Shown piece by piece: positions 24,997 to 36,636 of a DNA stretch of 64,000 bases. The first letter of the stretch is position 1, and each line of letters starts with the position of its first letter. The stretch is from Octopus sinensis. Its lineage: Eukaryota. Position numbers and translations under genes: made by a program. The notes beneath the pieces were generated by a model. The model saw nothing but the letters and a program-made list of their open reading frames with translations. It was not told the origin of the DNA and made no database searches. Location: positions 188,852,001 through 188,916,000 of the forward strand of contig NC_042997.1 in assembly GCF_006345805.1 (NCBI RefSeq), written 5' to 3'.

Positions 24997-25293
24997 ATGT
25001 GGCAAAGAAATAAATGAGATACTTACTCATACCCATGGAAGAAGCAAAAATACTATGTCATGAGCACAATTAAGTACCCCAAATACATCCAACATAGAGT
25101 TGACTGATGATAGAGTATGGACGGATTTTTGAAGTCCAATGGTACCTTACACACATATTTGATTATGAAGATTTACAAACATACTTTCTCAGTGAAACTC
25201 AATATACCCACCATTATAGATAATACCAAATGTACATTTTCGGATTTTTCATAATTTCATAATGTGATGTAATTCTTTGGTATAGCAATTGCA

Positions 25294-25387
25294 TGCAGCT
25301 GAAGAGAGCTTTAAACCATCTGTTATGTCAATTACACATTGATGTAAGAATAGGTTGTTTTATAAAGCTTGAAACATGTGTACCGTG
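25294..25387 (+). ncRNA. Type I minimal hammerhead ribozyme, core intact
   Basis: CTGAAGA, stem II GAGCTTTA/TAAAGCTT, GAAA, palindromic ACATGT, GTA triplet; stem I weak. Confidence 0.6.
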
Positions 25388-25425
25388 AATATCCTTTGTG
25401 TTCTGTTTTTTATTTCATTTGATGC

Positions 25426-25449
<24 letters not shown>

Positions 25450-25456
<7 letters not shown>

Positions 25457-25616
25457 ACTTCTTCCAGTTTCTGTTTTCCTAATCCACTCAGAAGCCTCTG
25501 GTCAGCTTGAGGCTATAGTTGAAGACACTGCCCAAGGTGCCAACAGTGGAACTGAACCCAGAACCATGTGGTTGGGAAGTAAGCTTCTTACCACAGGGCC
25601 ATATCTGTGCCTGTAT
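25450..25616 (-). mobile_element. SINE group A head
   Basis: Consensus match. Confidence 0.75.
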
Positions 25617-25698
25617 ATGTGTGTATGTGTGTGCGCGCACGTGTGTGTGTGTGTGTGTGTGAGTGTGCTTGTGTATGTGTATATATATATATATATAT

Positions 25699-25932
25699 AT
25701 CATCATCATCATCATCATCGTTTAACGTCCGCTTTCCATGCTAGCATGGGTTGGACAGTTCAACTGGGGTCTGGCAAGCCCGAAGGCTGCACCAGGCCAG
25801 TCAGATCTGGCAGTGTTTCTACAGCTGGATGCCCTTCCTAACGCCAACCACTCCGAGAGTGTATTGGGTGATTTTATGTGCCACCGACACAGGTGCCAGA
25901 CGAGGCTGGCAGACAGCCACGCTCAGATGGTG
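25699..25932 (-). mobile_element. RTE 3' end
   Basis: Near-identical reverse complement of about 33460-33690. Confidence 0.9.
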
Positions 25933-26721
25933 TATATAAATATAAGGGTAAATGATTATTAATATAAAATTAATAAATTTTACCAAATAGTTTCAGTATG
26001 TAAAGAGAACCATTATCGGTAGGAACTTCTACAAAAATTCATATATATATCTAATGAACAATATATGAATTTAACTAATCCAGTGGTAATCACAGAAAAG
26101 CTCCTTTAGAAGACCAGGTTACAAACCACAGAAAGAGAAATAAAGAAATAACTGACATAAGCTTAAAGGGTCTCTTTAACCTTGCTGTGACACACAACCT
26201 CTAGAGTCAGTGACATGATAAAAAGCATCCAATTCAAGTTGTAATATGACTAACAACAGAAAGAGCATTGACCTGCTTAAAAAAAAATCTTAAATAAAGA
26301 CATTCCAAAAACAAGAAAGGAGTGAACGGGAGAGATATGAACTCTGCAAGACACAGTGCAGACAACCCATTTAGGCGAGCAATATCTCCAAATATAACAT
26401 GATAATAAGTAGGAGGAAGTCATCACTTCTGTCACAGAAAACTCCTTTTGTGCAAGTTGAATGACAAAATACATCTAGTTCATGCTGTTAAGTGTTACAT
26501 ATGTCATCTAGTTGTGAAAGCTATTAAAAACATGACATAAACAATAACAAAAACGTTGGTGTTTATTTCTTTGTTGCTCAGTATGCTGGATGATGAATGA
26601 TTGTAACAGGTGGTAAGACACTGCGAGAGAGATGTCCGACTCCTGCCAGTGTGGAAAAAAAATGGTAAAATGAACATTAGATGATGACTGCATAGAAACA
26701 TACACGCAGCCATGCACATCT

Positions 26722-26756
26722 AAATATATATATATACAAGCTTGCACATATGTATA

Positions 26757-26817
<61 letters not shown>

Positions 26818-26836
26818 GCATATATATATGTGTGTG

Positions 26837-26932
<96 letters not shown>

Positions 26933-27068
26933 GTATGTATATATATATATATATGTATATATATATGTATATATATATATGTATGTATGTATGTATATGT
27001 ATGTATGTATTTATGTACGTATGTATATATATATATATATATTTATCTGTGTATTTGTATGTGTATGT
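26722..27068. repeat. Compound (TA)n/(TG)n/(TATG)n microsatellite
   Basis: Direct reading; similar tracts at 2327-2500, 23677-23805, 35870-36057. Confidence 0.95.
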
Positions 27069-27407
27069 ACTAGTAAGTACAGGCACATAAGTACATAACA
27101 ATGTGGAGAAAATAGTACAAGAATAGACAGAGCTAACCATTGAGTTTTATTGGAACTGAAAAAACTTAACGAGTTCTCAGCTAACTGATTTCAAAAAGAA
27201 GTTTCAAACTGGTTACGTGAATCTTTAGAATAATGGTTTGTGACGTTTCTTCAGGTGCCATAAAATTCAGTACTTAAATCTACCTTTAGTATTTGAGTAC
27301 TATTCTTCCATTCTGTTATTTAAACTTCAATAAAACAACGCTCTCTTTCTCTCACACTCTCTCTCCTTCTCTGTATGTGTGTGTGTGTGTGTTTTTCTGT
27401 GTGTATA

Positions 27408-28392
27408 CAGGGTGCGGTGAATAAATTGTCGTCTAAATTACGCAAAAATGAAAATAACACTGACATCTTATTTTAACAGATATATTTACCAAAATTACAT
27501 TAAAAAATCTTGAAATACTAAAGAGTGAATTTATTCAATAAAATCGCCATTCACTTCAACCATGGCCACCACACAACTTTGGAATCTCCTGCAACTCTTC
27601 TGGATGGTCTTCTTGTTTAAGATGGTGAATGCTGCTATAGTTGAAGACACTTGCCCAAGGTGCCAATAGTGGAACTGAACCCAGAACCATGTGGTTGGGA
27701 AGTAAGCTTCTTACCACAGGGCCATATCTGTGCCTGTAAGTGTGTGTGTATCTTTGGTGTTACAAGGAGTTTTGTTGGTCTCTCGCTCAACTGTGCCTGA
27801 CACATAATAATCAAGGGGGTTGCAGTCTGGGAAGTTAGGTGGCCAGATGTTAGGGATGATGAAGTCACAGAAATTGTCTGACAGCCATAACTAGATTCTC
27901 CTGCTTGTGTGGCATGGTGCAGAGTCCTGTTGCCAGACATAGGGTCTTCCAGCAGCCACCCTCTTGACCCAAGACAGTACTACCTCCTCCAGACACTTGA
28001 TGTAGGCCTCTGTGTTGAGTCTGAGGCTATGTGGGAAGATGAATGGAGGCATGATGTTGCCATCACTAGTGATCACTCCAAACACCATAATGTTGACTGG
28101 ATGTTTGATTTTTATCACTCTAAGTACATGTCCTCAGATTGCACTGTCTTCAGATTGACACCCAGATACTCTGAAATGTCCGTATTGGAGCTTCCAGCAC
28201 AAATGCCAAGCAGTACAGCATGTCATTTCCAAATTTCTGGCGGAGTAAACTGCGTCATGGTGCTGTTTTTCTCACAGATAGTGCCCAACTGACCCTACTA
28301 TACTGTGTGTAGTCAACAAAATCAAAATCAAACAATGCACATACCCGAAATTAAAAATATAATAATGGCAACAATTTACTCATCGCATCCTG
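27408..28392 (-). mobile_element. Internally deleted DD37D (maT) Tc1/mariner element
   Basis: TA-flanked TIRs CAGGGTGCGGTGAATAAATTG / CAATTTACTCATCGCATCCTG; WQQD-x37-D counted (SAPCHTS...WPPNFPDCNPLD). Confidence 0.88.
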
Positions 28393-28425
<33 letters not shown>

Positions 28426-29690
28426 GTTTGTATTTTTCCCTTGTTAACAATTAACATGGAAAAAATAGATAAATAGTTACCAGGGTAGCAAAAAATCACA
28501 CAAGTAAAGAGGTTGTAACTCCTTGTTTTTAAAGGTAGAAACTTCGGGTTTATGTGGAATTTTTTTGTATAATATATAAATAAATAAATGGAGTTTAACG
28601 CACGTATAATTCAAATACTTCTACTTCTAACACATGTTTCGAAGATATCACTGATATTATTCCAAAGGAATAAATTGGTGTAAAACAATGTAATCTCCTC
28701 TTCAGGGAAGTGAAGAAATGAAACTCGTTAAGAAGACATTTTAACAGAAAATGATGGATATGTATAGTGATTTACTGAACGCTATTAATATTGTTTGAAA
28801 AAACATTATATTATATTACGTCAGAAGTAGCCTATAGAAAGAGGAGGGATATTTTTTAGTGAATGTTAAGTATAAAAAGAAAATTAATGTTAAATTATAC
28901 ATAATGATAGAGATTACTTATATTAACTAATGGTGTGTTTTTGCCAATGTTTACATCAGTATGCACGCTCTATAACTGTGTTTACTAGGGGATTTTTAGA
29001 AAAAATAATGAAAAATAGTTCAGAATTACAGAGAAGACAGAATTCCTGGCCTTTGTCATAAGGTATCGAGATTGAGAGAATCAACCATTCTAAATTAAAT
29101 TGTTCATTGTGGTCTTTTAGATCCCCAATTAATTTACTGAGCCCTGTACTGTTACGTTTATTCCTATCCCTAAATGTTGAGTAATGGATAGAAATTCTTT
29201 TAGATAACTATAATGACGTGCTTCCAATGTAAAATTGTACTTTATTATGAGTAATGATTTTACACTGGTATATAGAATTCTTAATTTTAGAGTTACTTGA
29301 CATAAACTTAATTCTGTTGGAATTGACTTCAGATACAATAACCTTGTTATTAATATTTCTAGAGGGATGGATGGTAAATGTTAGTATTAGTAATTAATGT
29401 TAGTATTATCATTCTAAAGGTAAATTTAAGAGTTTTGAAAATAATTACACTAAAAATAAGATAAATAGTTGTAAAAATGTTTGGCTCATTATTCCATACG
29501 GGAGGCAAATTAAATCTAATCTCCCATTGCAGTTTCGTGAAGCTATTATTTGGAATTTTCCCAAGAATTCTAAATATTACTCTATTATCAACTCACATAC
29601 GGTTAGGATTGGTTTTTCCAACACAAAAAATCTCTTACAAATGATCTCTTCACATAATAACAACCTATTAAATATTAATACATTTACTTT
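28393..29690. mobile_element. Penelope-like element with inversion
   Basis: Minus strand 28930-29340: IYQC..FYIGST..RNSTGLSK..CLLCNSE..CKH (GIY-YIG); plus strand 29490-29680: PYGRQIKSNL..NFPKNSKYYSIINSHTVRIGFS (post-RT linker). Confidence 0.8.
28623..28711 (-). ncRNA. Degenerate hammerhead in Penelope terminal repeat
   Basis: ACTTCC-CTGAAGA-GGAGAT..ATCTTC-GAAA-CATGT-GTT-AGAAGT. Confidence 0.6.
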
Positions 29691-29693
29691 TTA

Positions 29694-30025
29694 CAATTGC
29701 CGCAGCTTGGCTGGGATGTGTTAGCCCACCCTCCATATTCACCAGATATTGCTCCTTCAGATTCCCACTTATTCACGTCTCTGCAGAATAGTCTTAATGG
29801 TAAAAATTTCAATTCCTTGGATGATCTAAAAAGATACCTTGATGAATTCTTTGCCATGAAACCACCTCAATTCTGGGAAGAGGGTATTTTCAAGTTAAAG
29901 GAAAGATAGAGACACATTGTGCAACAAAATGGTTCATATTTGGTTGATTAGAAATGTAATGGCAAATATTTATTGACCTTTTTCATTCCTTTAAAAATTG
30001 GCATGAACTTTCCGGACAATCCAAT
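29694..30025 (+). mobile_element. mariner transposase C-terminus plus right TIR
   Basis: LGWDVLAHPPYSPDIAPSD motif; ends AACTTTCCGGACAATCCAA|TA. Confidence 0.9.
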
Positions 30026-30551
30026 ACATACTCATGTTCACCAATCATTCATATTAATATACACCCATACATGCATGCATCCTAAACACATACATGCACA
30101 TATGTGCATACAGCAGGCTCTAATGCACACACACGTGCACACACACACACACACTCATATAATTGATATATATGCAGCTGATATACACAGCTGACTCATA
30201 CACCCACATAATTATGCACATGTACTCACACATGGCTTATACACACCTGCATCCATATGCACACACACACCCAAGCAAACATGCACATATGCACCAACTA
30301 GATGATGCCATCAACTCTCACCCACATGCTAGCTTACACACATATGCAACTGATCACCACACGTACACACACCATGTACACATGTATAAACATCAGACAC
30401 CTGCACCTGTGCCCTCATACATCTGATATACACTTGCAGGCCATGAATCTGATAGCTTAGAAGTCCCTTCAAAGCCCTGTCATCAGCAAAAGTACTATCA
30501 GCATCCTTTCAAGCTACACAGTTCAAAAAATTCTGTTTTAATGCACCAGAT

Positions 30552-30715
30552 AGGCGCAGGAGTGGCTGTGTGGTAAGTAGCTTGCTAACCAACCACATGG
30601 TTCCGGGTTCAGTCCCACTGCGTGGCATCTTGGGCAAGTGTCTTCTGCTATAGCCCCGGGCCAACCAATGCCTTGTGAGTGGATTTGGTAGACGGAAACT
30701 GAAAGAAGCCCGTCG

Positions 30716-30754
<39 letters not shown>

Positions 30755-30960
30755 ATGCATGTCTGTGTTTGTCCCCCTGGCATTGCTTGACAACCAATGC
30801 TGGTGTGTTTACGTCCCTGTCACTTAGCAGTTCGGCAAAAGAGGCCGATAGAATAAGTACTGGGCTTACAAAAAATAAGTCCCGGGGTCGATTTGTTCGA
30901 CTAAAGGCGGTGCTCCAGCATGGCCGCAGTTAAATGACTAAAACAAGTAAAAGAGAGAGA
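30552..30960 (+). mobile_element. SINE group A, full length
   Basis: Consensus match. Confidence 0.9.
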
Positions 30961-31400
30961 TGTTCGTGGAATGTTGATCTTACTTCTAGGAACTCCGTGT
31001 GACTTACCTTGACCAATAGCTGCCCAGTTTCCACTAGCCATCTTGTACTTCCTGCATCTCTCCATTCAGTTAACTGGGCTCTCTTCTGTAAGAAGCCTGT
31101 GAAACTTTAGGTCACATGAGGCCAAAATCAAACTGCTTTAAATAACAATAATAATAATTATACACACACACACACATGTGTGTGTGTGTATAATTATTTT
31201 TACTATTGTGTGTATATTATTATTATTTTCAATGGCTGGATAACTGAAGAGATGGCGTTGTGGATTTCCACCTCAGCATCCAAAACTTGGAGTTTTATCA
31301 TGGCTACCGAATAATTGTCATATATATTTACAGATAAATTCCTCTATTTACATAATATGAAGGTCTCTTTCATTCTTTTCTTGTCTTACCATTTTTATCA

Positions 31401-32957
31401 GGCAGTGTCGGCTATAACCTAGTCACCCGTATAGTCAACCAGGTGATACACGAAGGAGTCATTCCCAATGACTGGTGTAGCAGCGTACTAGTCAACTGCT
31501 ACAAAGGTAAAGGTGATGCCCTAGATACAAATAATTACAGAGGTATCAAGCTGTTGGATCAGGTAATGAAGGTTACGGAGAGGGTCATAGCCCAACTAAT
31601 TAGAGAGAGAGTTAGTTTAGATGAGATGCAGTTTGGGTTTGTGCCAGGGAAAAGCACCACTGATGCTATATTCCTGGTAAGGCAGCTGCAGGAGAAATAC
31701 CAAGCCAAAGATAAGCCCCTGTACCTGGCTTTCGTTGACATGGAGAAAGCCTTTGATAGGGTCCCCCGATCCCTCATCTGGTGGTCAATGAGGAAACTAG
31801 GGATAGATGAATGGCTGGTGAGGGCTGTGCAAGCCATGTACAGAGATGCTGTAAGCAAGGTTAGGGTTGGCAACATGTACACAGAAGAATTCAAAGTAGA
31901 GGTTGGGGTCCACCAGGGTTCAGTACTCAGCCCCCTCCTATTTATCATAGTCCTCCAGGCAATAACAGAGGAATTCAAGACAGGTTGCCCCTGGGAGCTC
32001 CTCTATGCTGACGACCTCGCTCTAATTGCTGAGTCACTATCAGAACTGGAGGAGAAGTTCCAGGTGTGGAAGGAGGGTTTAGAATCGAGGGGCCTTAGAG
32101 TCAACCTAGCTAAAACCAAAGTACTAATAAGTAGAAAGGTAGGCAATCCACAAATGTCCTCAGGAAGATGGCTCTGCTCGATCTGTAGAAAAGGTGTAGG
32201 TAGAAACTCTATAAGATGTACCCAGTGTAAGCTATGGACACATAAGAGGTGCAGCAATGTCAAAGGTAGGCTAACTGGGAAGATAGTCTTTATATGTGGC
32301 AGATGCTCGGGAGCATTGACCTCCGAAAATCTGCAGAAAACAACTTCCGTCACTTTCCAGGGGGAAAAATTAGAAGTAGTTGATAGCTTCCGTTATCTAG
32401 GTGACCAAGTCAGTAGTGGGGGTGGGTGCGCTGAGAGTGTAACTGCTAGAATAAGAATAGCCTGGGCAAAGTTTAGGGAGCTCTTACCTCTGCTGGTGAC
32501 TAAAGGCCTCTCGCTCAGAGTAAAGGGCAGACTGTATGATGCATGTGTTCGAACTGCCATGCTACATGGCAGTGAAACATGGGCCATGACTGCTGAGGAC
32601 ATGCGTAAGCTCATGAGGAATGAAGCCAGTATGCTCCGATGGATGTGTAATGTCAGTGTACTTACTCGACAGAGTATTAGTTCCCTAAGAGAAATGTTGT
32701 ACCTAAGAAGCATCAGTTGTTGCGTGCAAGAGAGACGATTGCGATGGTATGGTCATGTGGCAAGAATGGATGAAGATAGGTGTGTGAGAAAGTGCCAATC
32801 CCTAGCAGTTGAAGGAACCCGTGGAAGAGGTAGACCCAGGAAAACCTGGGACGAGGTGGTGAAGCACGACCTTCGAACATTAGGTCTCACCATGGAAATG
32901 ACTAGAGACCGAGACCTATGGAAGTATGCTGTGCGTGAGAAGACCCGGCAAGACTAG
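31401..32957 (+). CDS. RTE ORF: reverse transcriptase with inserted PHD-type finger (endonuclease lost by truncation)
   Basis: NYRGIKLL, QFGF, AFVDMEKAFDRV, GVHQGSVLSPLLF, YADD, YLG; C4HC3 motif at 32175-32306. Confidence 0.93.
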   Translation, partial: GSVGYNLVTRIVNQVIHEGVIPNDWCSSVLVNCYKGKGDALDTNNYRGIKLLDQVMKVTERVIAQLIRERVSLDEMQFGFVPGKSTTDAIFLVRQLQEKYQAKDKPLYLAFVDMEKAFDRVPRSLIWWSMRKLGIDEWLVRAVQAMYRDAVSKVRVGNMYTEEFKVEVGVHQGSVLSPLLFIIVLQAITEEFKTGCPWELLYADDLALIAESLSELEEKFQVWKEGLESRGLRVNLAKTKVLISRKVGNPQMSSGRWLCSICRKGVGRNSIRCTQCKLWTHKRCSNVKGRLTGKIVFICGRCSGALTSENLQKTTSVTFQGEKLEVVDSFRYLGDQVSSGGGCAESVTARIRIAWAKFRELLPLLVTKGLSLRVKGRLYDACVRTAMLHGSETWAMTAEDMRKLMRNEASMLRWMCNVSVLTRQSISSLREMLYLRSISCCVQERRLRWYGHVARMDEDRCVRKCQSLAVEGTRGRGRPRKTWDEVVKHDLRTLGLTMEMTRDRDLWKYAVREKTRQD

Positions 32958-33699
32958 TGAAGCCATAACCTGTGGCCCCTACCTGGGACGTAGTCAGTCC
33001 ACCTGTGCATACCTTCCTGCTTGTGACACTTGTGAAGACCTGTTGAGGCAAATCAAATCAAAGTCAAATCGAATCAAGTCAAACCAAATCAAAATAGATG
33101 AACATCAATGGAATTTGTATCCTTGTGGTACCAGTGCCGGTGGCACATAAGAAAACCATCCGAACGGGACCGTAGCCAGTACCGCATCGACTGGCCTCCG
33201 TGCTGTGGGCACGTAACAAACACCGTTCGAGCGTGGCCGTCTGCCAGCCTCGTCTGGCACCTGTGTCGGTGGCACATAAAAACACCATCCGAGCGTGGCC
33301 GTCTGCCACCTGTGTCGGTGGCACATAAAAACACCATCCGAGCGTGGCCGTCTGCCAGCCTCGTCTGGCACCTGTGTCGGTGGCACATAAAAACACCATC
33401 CGAGCATGGCCGTCTGCCAGCCTCGTCTGGCACCTGTGTCGGTGGCACATAAAAACACCATCCGAGCGTGACCGTTCGCCAGCCTCGTCTGGCACCTGTG
33501 TCGGTGGCACATAAAATCACCCACTACACTCTCGGAGTGGTTGGCATTAGGAAGAGCATCCAGCTGTAGAAACACTGCCAGATCTGACTGGCCTGGTGCA
33601 GCCTTCGGGCTCCCCAGACCCCAGTTGAACCGTCCAACCCATGCTAGCATGGAAAGCGGACGTTAAACGATGATGATGGTGATGATGATGATGATGATG
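31401..33699 (+). mobile_element. RTE-clade LINE, 5'-truncated, young
   Basis: Uninterrupted RT frame, RLRWYGHVARM and RGRGRPRKTW RTE C-terminal motifs, 740-bp 3' UTR with tandem units, (GAT)n tail. Confidence 0.95.
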
Positions 33700-33909
33700 C
33701 GAATGGTTTACAATCCTGTAAATAACAATAAAGGTATTTTTGTATAAGCTTAAAACTTATAGCAATCACCATGCAATGACTACAAAAAATAGTCTAATTA
33801 AGGGGCATATAAGCCCTCAACAGAAAAATGGTTTTCCTGAGGTGTGTAAAACATCCAATTCACTGCTACATTAGTTGAATACCCCATTATTATTATTGTT
33901 TATATATAT

Positions 33910-35870
33910 TTTATTTCTTTTATGCACTTCAGCCATACAGCTACAGCCACACTGGAGCACCACTGTGACTTTGTACCCTTACTACAACCATCTTATGAGG
34001 TTGATTTCTTCTGGTTGTTGGGATTTCATATCACCACCTTAGCATGAGTTTTCCTTCTGGTGTATAACAGAGTTTGACACTGCTGCCTTTGCTCGTATTT
34101 CATACCAATTCATTGGTTCCTCTGATACTGTGGATAAGAGAACTTTCAGTTCTTTTTTTGAGGCATTGACATCCACATTCTGTAGGTTTCTTAATTCTTT
34201 TAGCAGAGCATTGAAGAGCTGTGGGCCTTTGAATCCTAAGCTATTGCAGTACCTGGTCCTTGCTTTGGACGGAGTGGACTGTACCTTTGGTACTATACAA
34301 CGGTGTCCAGCACGGGCATTTGTATAACTCTTGAGGTACTAACACTTCCAGAATTTTCCACATGTAAATTATTACATATCTCTGGCATCTTCACTCCAGG
34401 GAGTAAAGCTGTAATTTTACAGTTTCTCCTAGTAGTTCTTCCTCATGATCGCACTTGAGAGCAGTATTCCAGGTGACTAGGAACAAAGGTCTTCCACAGG
34501 GTCGACATGATTTCTTTGCCTCTTGTCCTGAAGGACCTTAGTATCCACCCTACCAGTTGTCTACACTTTGTTGCCATTTTGTTATTGTGAACATGAAGTG
34601 ATACATCATTACACATACTGATCCCTAAGTCATCCCACTGTCTGCATGTTTGGGCTTGCAGGCTGTGGTGGATTTTTGAGCTGATAGCACAGTGCTTGAA
34701 AATTTCCAGCATTAAACTGATTGTTGTTTTGTTCAATCCATTTGTATATTGCATTTAGGTCATGCTACAAACTTGTGACATTGTCAGAATTCTTTATTGC
34801 CTATGATAATTTTGCATCATTGGCATAGCAGGAGTGGCTGTGTGGTAAGTAGCTTGCTTACCAACCACATGGTTCCGGGTTCAGTCCCACTGCATGGCAC
34901 CTTGGGCAAGTGTCTACTACTATAGCCTTGTGCTGACCAAAGCCTTGTGAGTGAATTTGGTTGATGGAAACTGAAAGAAGCCTGTTGTATAAATGTATAT
35001 ATGTATGTGTGTGTATATGTTTGTCCCCCCAATATCGCTTGACAACTGATGCTGGTGTGTTTACATCCCCGTAACTTAGCGGTTCGGCAAAACATACTGA
35101 TAGAATAAGTACTAGGCTTACAAAGAATAAGTTCTAGGGTTGATTTGCTCGGCTAAAGGTGGTGCTCCAGCATGGCCGCAATCAAATGACTGAAACAAGT
35201 AAAAGAGTAAAAGAGTAAAAAATAGCTAGAGACAGAAGCTGTCTGAGTGACCATGAGCATGCCTAAGAGAGCTACTATAAACAGTAACATTTCCTTCAAG
35301 AGGGTACCATTGGCTGCAACAGCCTGAGTTGTATCTTTTAAGATGTCATGGAGCTACTCTCATAGATTACCAGCTATGCCAAGATCTCACAGCCTGTGAC
35401 ATATCATGCCATGATCCACTTTGTTAAAGGTCTTAGTATTGACATTTGAATGGTTGAGTAGCCACTTCAAAATCCAGCCATAACAGCTGTGCAAGGTAGC
35501 TTCTATCTGAATGAAAACCATATTGAGTAACATTCAGTTAGTCATTTTCTTCTTGGAACATTATTAGTTTCCTTCTAATAATTTCTTCCATGACTTTATT
35601 AACGCATGAAGTCAGAGAGACAGAAATACCACATTATTTAGTTTTTAGCTGCTGCTCTGCTCCCATCTTTACGGATAGGATATATGATGCTATCTTTTAT
35701 AGCTTATTAGGAAGTTTACCACATGGAAGGAAATTCTGGATGAGTATCTGAAGTGGTTTCGCTGAAGCCTGCTTACTTGTCTTCAAGGCAATAGCTGGGA
35801 GACTATTGGGACTAGTTGCTGAATTTAAGCTCATTTCATCAATGGTTGCTGTTATATATGCCTCCTCCAT
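33910..35870 (-). mobile_element. Decayed CR1-clade LINE, 3' part (SINE inserted at 34822-35220)
   Basis: KPLQILIQNFL..GKLP, KVDHGMI, GWILRSFRTR..LWKTFV.SHLEYCSQ motifs; 3' end at about 33910. Confidence 0.8.
34822..35220 (+). mobile_element. SINE group A
   Basis: Consensus match. Confidence 0.9.
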
Positions 35871-35892
35871 ACACATACGCACATACATGCAT

Positions 35893-35927
<35 letters not shown>

Positions 35928-35978
35928 TGCACGTGCACATGTATGTATGTGTGTATGTGTGTATATATATATATATAT

Positions 35979-36048
<70 letters not shown>

Positions 36049-36097
36049 ATATATACACTTAATTAATAAAGCTTAATTAATAATATACTTAATTATT

Positions 36098-36603
36098 AAG
36101 GTGGCGAGCTGGTAGAAACATTAGCACGCTGGGCAAAATGCTTAGCGGTATTTTGTCTGTCGTTATATTCTTAGTTCAAATTCCACCGAGGTCGACTTTG
36201 CCTTTCATCCTTTCGGGGTCGATAAATAAATTACCAGTTTCGCACTGGGGTTGATCTAATCGGCTTAATCCCTTTGTCTGTCCTTGTTTGTCACCTCTAT
36301 GTTTAGCCCCTTGTGGGCAGTAAAGAAATATATATATACTTAATTAATAAAGCTTAATTAATAATATACTTAATTATTAAAGGCGGCGACATGTTAGCAT
36401 GCCGGGCGAAATGATTAGCAGTATTTCGCCTGCCGCTACATTCTGAGTTCAAATTCCGCCGAGGTTGACTTTGCCTTTCATCCTTTCAGGGTCGATAAAT
36501 TAAGTACCAGTTATGTACTGGGGTCGATGTAATCGACTTAATCCCTTTGTCTGTCCTTCTTTGTCCACTCTATGTTTAGCCCCTTGTGGGAATTAAAGAA
36601 ATA
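36098..36603 (+). mobile_element. Two tandem group B SINEs (36098-36330; 36380-36603)
   Basis: Consensus matches, each preceded by the same ~49-bp AT-rich spacer. Confidence 0.88.
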
Positions 36604-36636
36604 ATACTTAATAAAGCTGCAAAGACATCACAAAAG

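Larger units (their letters stand above)
24475..25420. mobile_element. Penelope-like tandem terminal repeats with hammerhead motifs
   Basis: ACTTATAAATGAGGGCAAA... repeated at 24475 and 24796; hammerhead cores inside. Confidence 0.55.

Noticed and set aside
26508-27140. Long YI/VC/HT-rich ORFs (also 2298-2539, 35806-36076, 58735-59196)
   Set aside because: Translations of stop-free dinucleotide microsatellites.
31008-31096. Minus-strand 89-nt exon candidate (TTTCACAG|..AAG|GTAAGT; FLQKRAQLTEWRDAGSTRWLVETGQLLVK)
   Set aside because: Good splice signals, but no recognisable protein and no supportable partner exons; needs RNA-seq.
31559-32713. Minus-strand ORFs of 106-139 aa
   Set aside because: Antisense shadows of the RT reading frame.
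33130-33525. CRISPR-like repeat/spacer appearance
   Set aside because: The spacers are homologous to one another, the array is the 3' UTR of an RTE LINE, no cas genes are present and the context is eukaryotic.
33079-33650. Recurrent ORFs such as MLAWVG..QLDALPNANHS and CHAVGLNPEPCGW
   Set aside because: Incidental frames in the RTE 3' UTR and SINE repeats; they are not domains.
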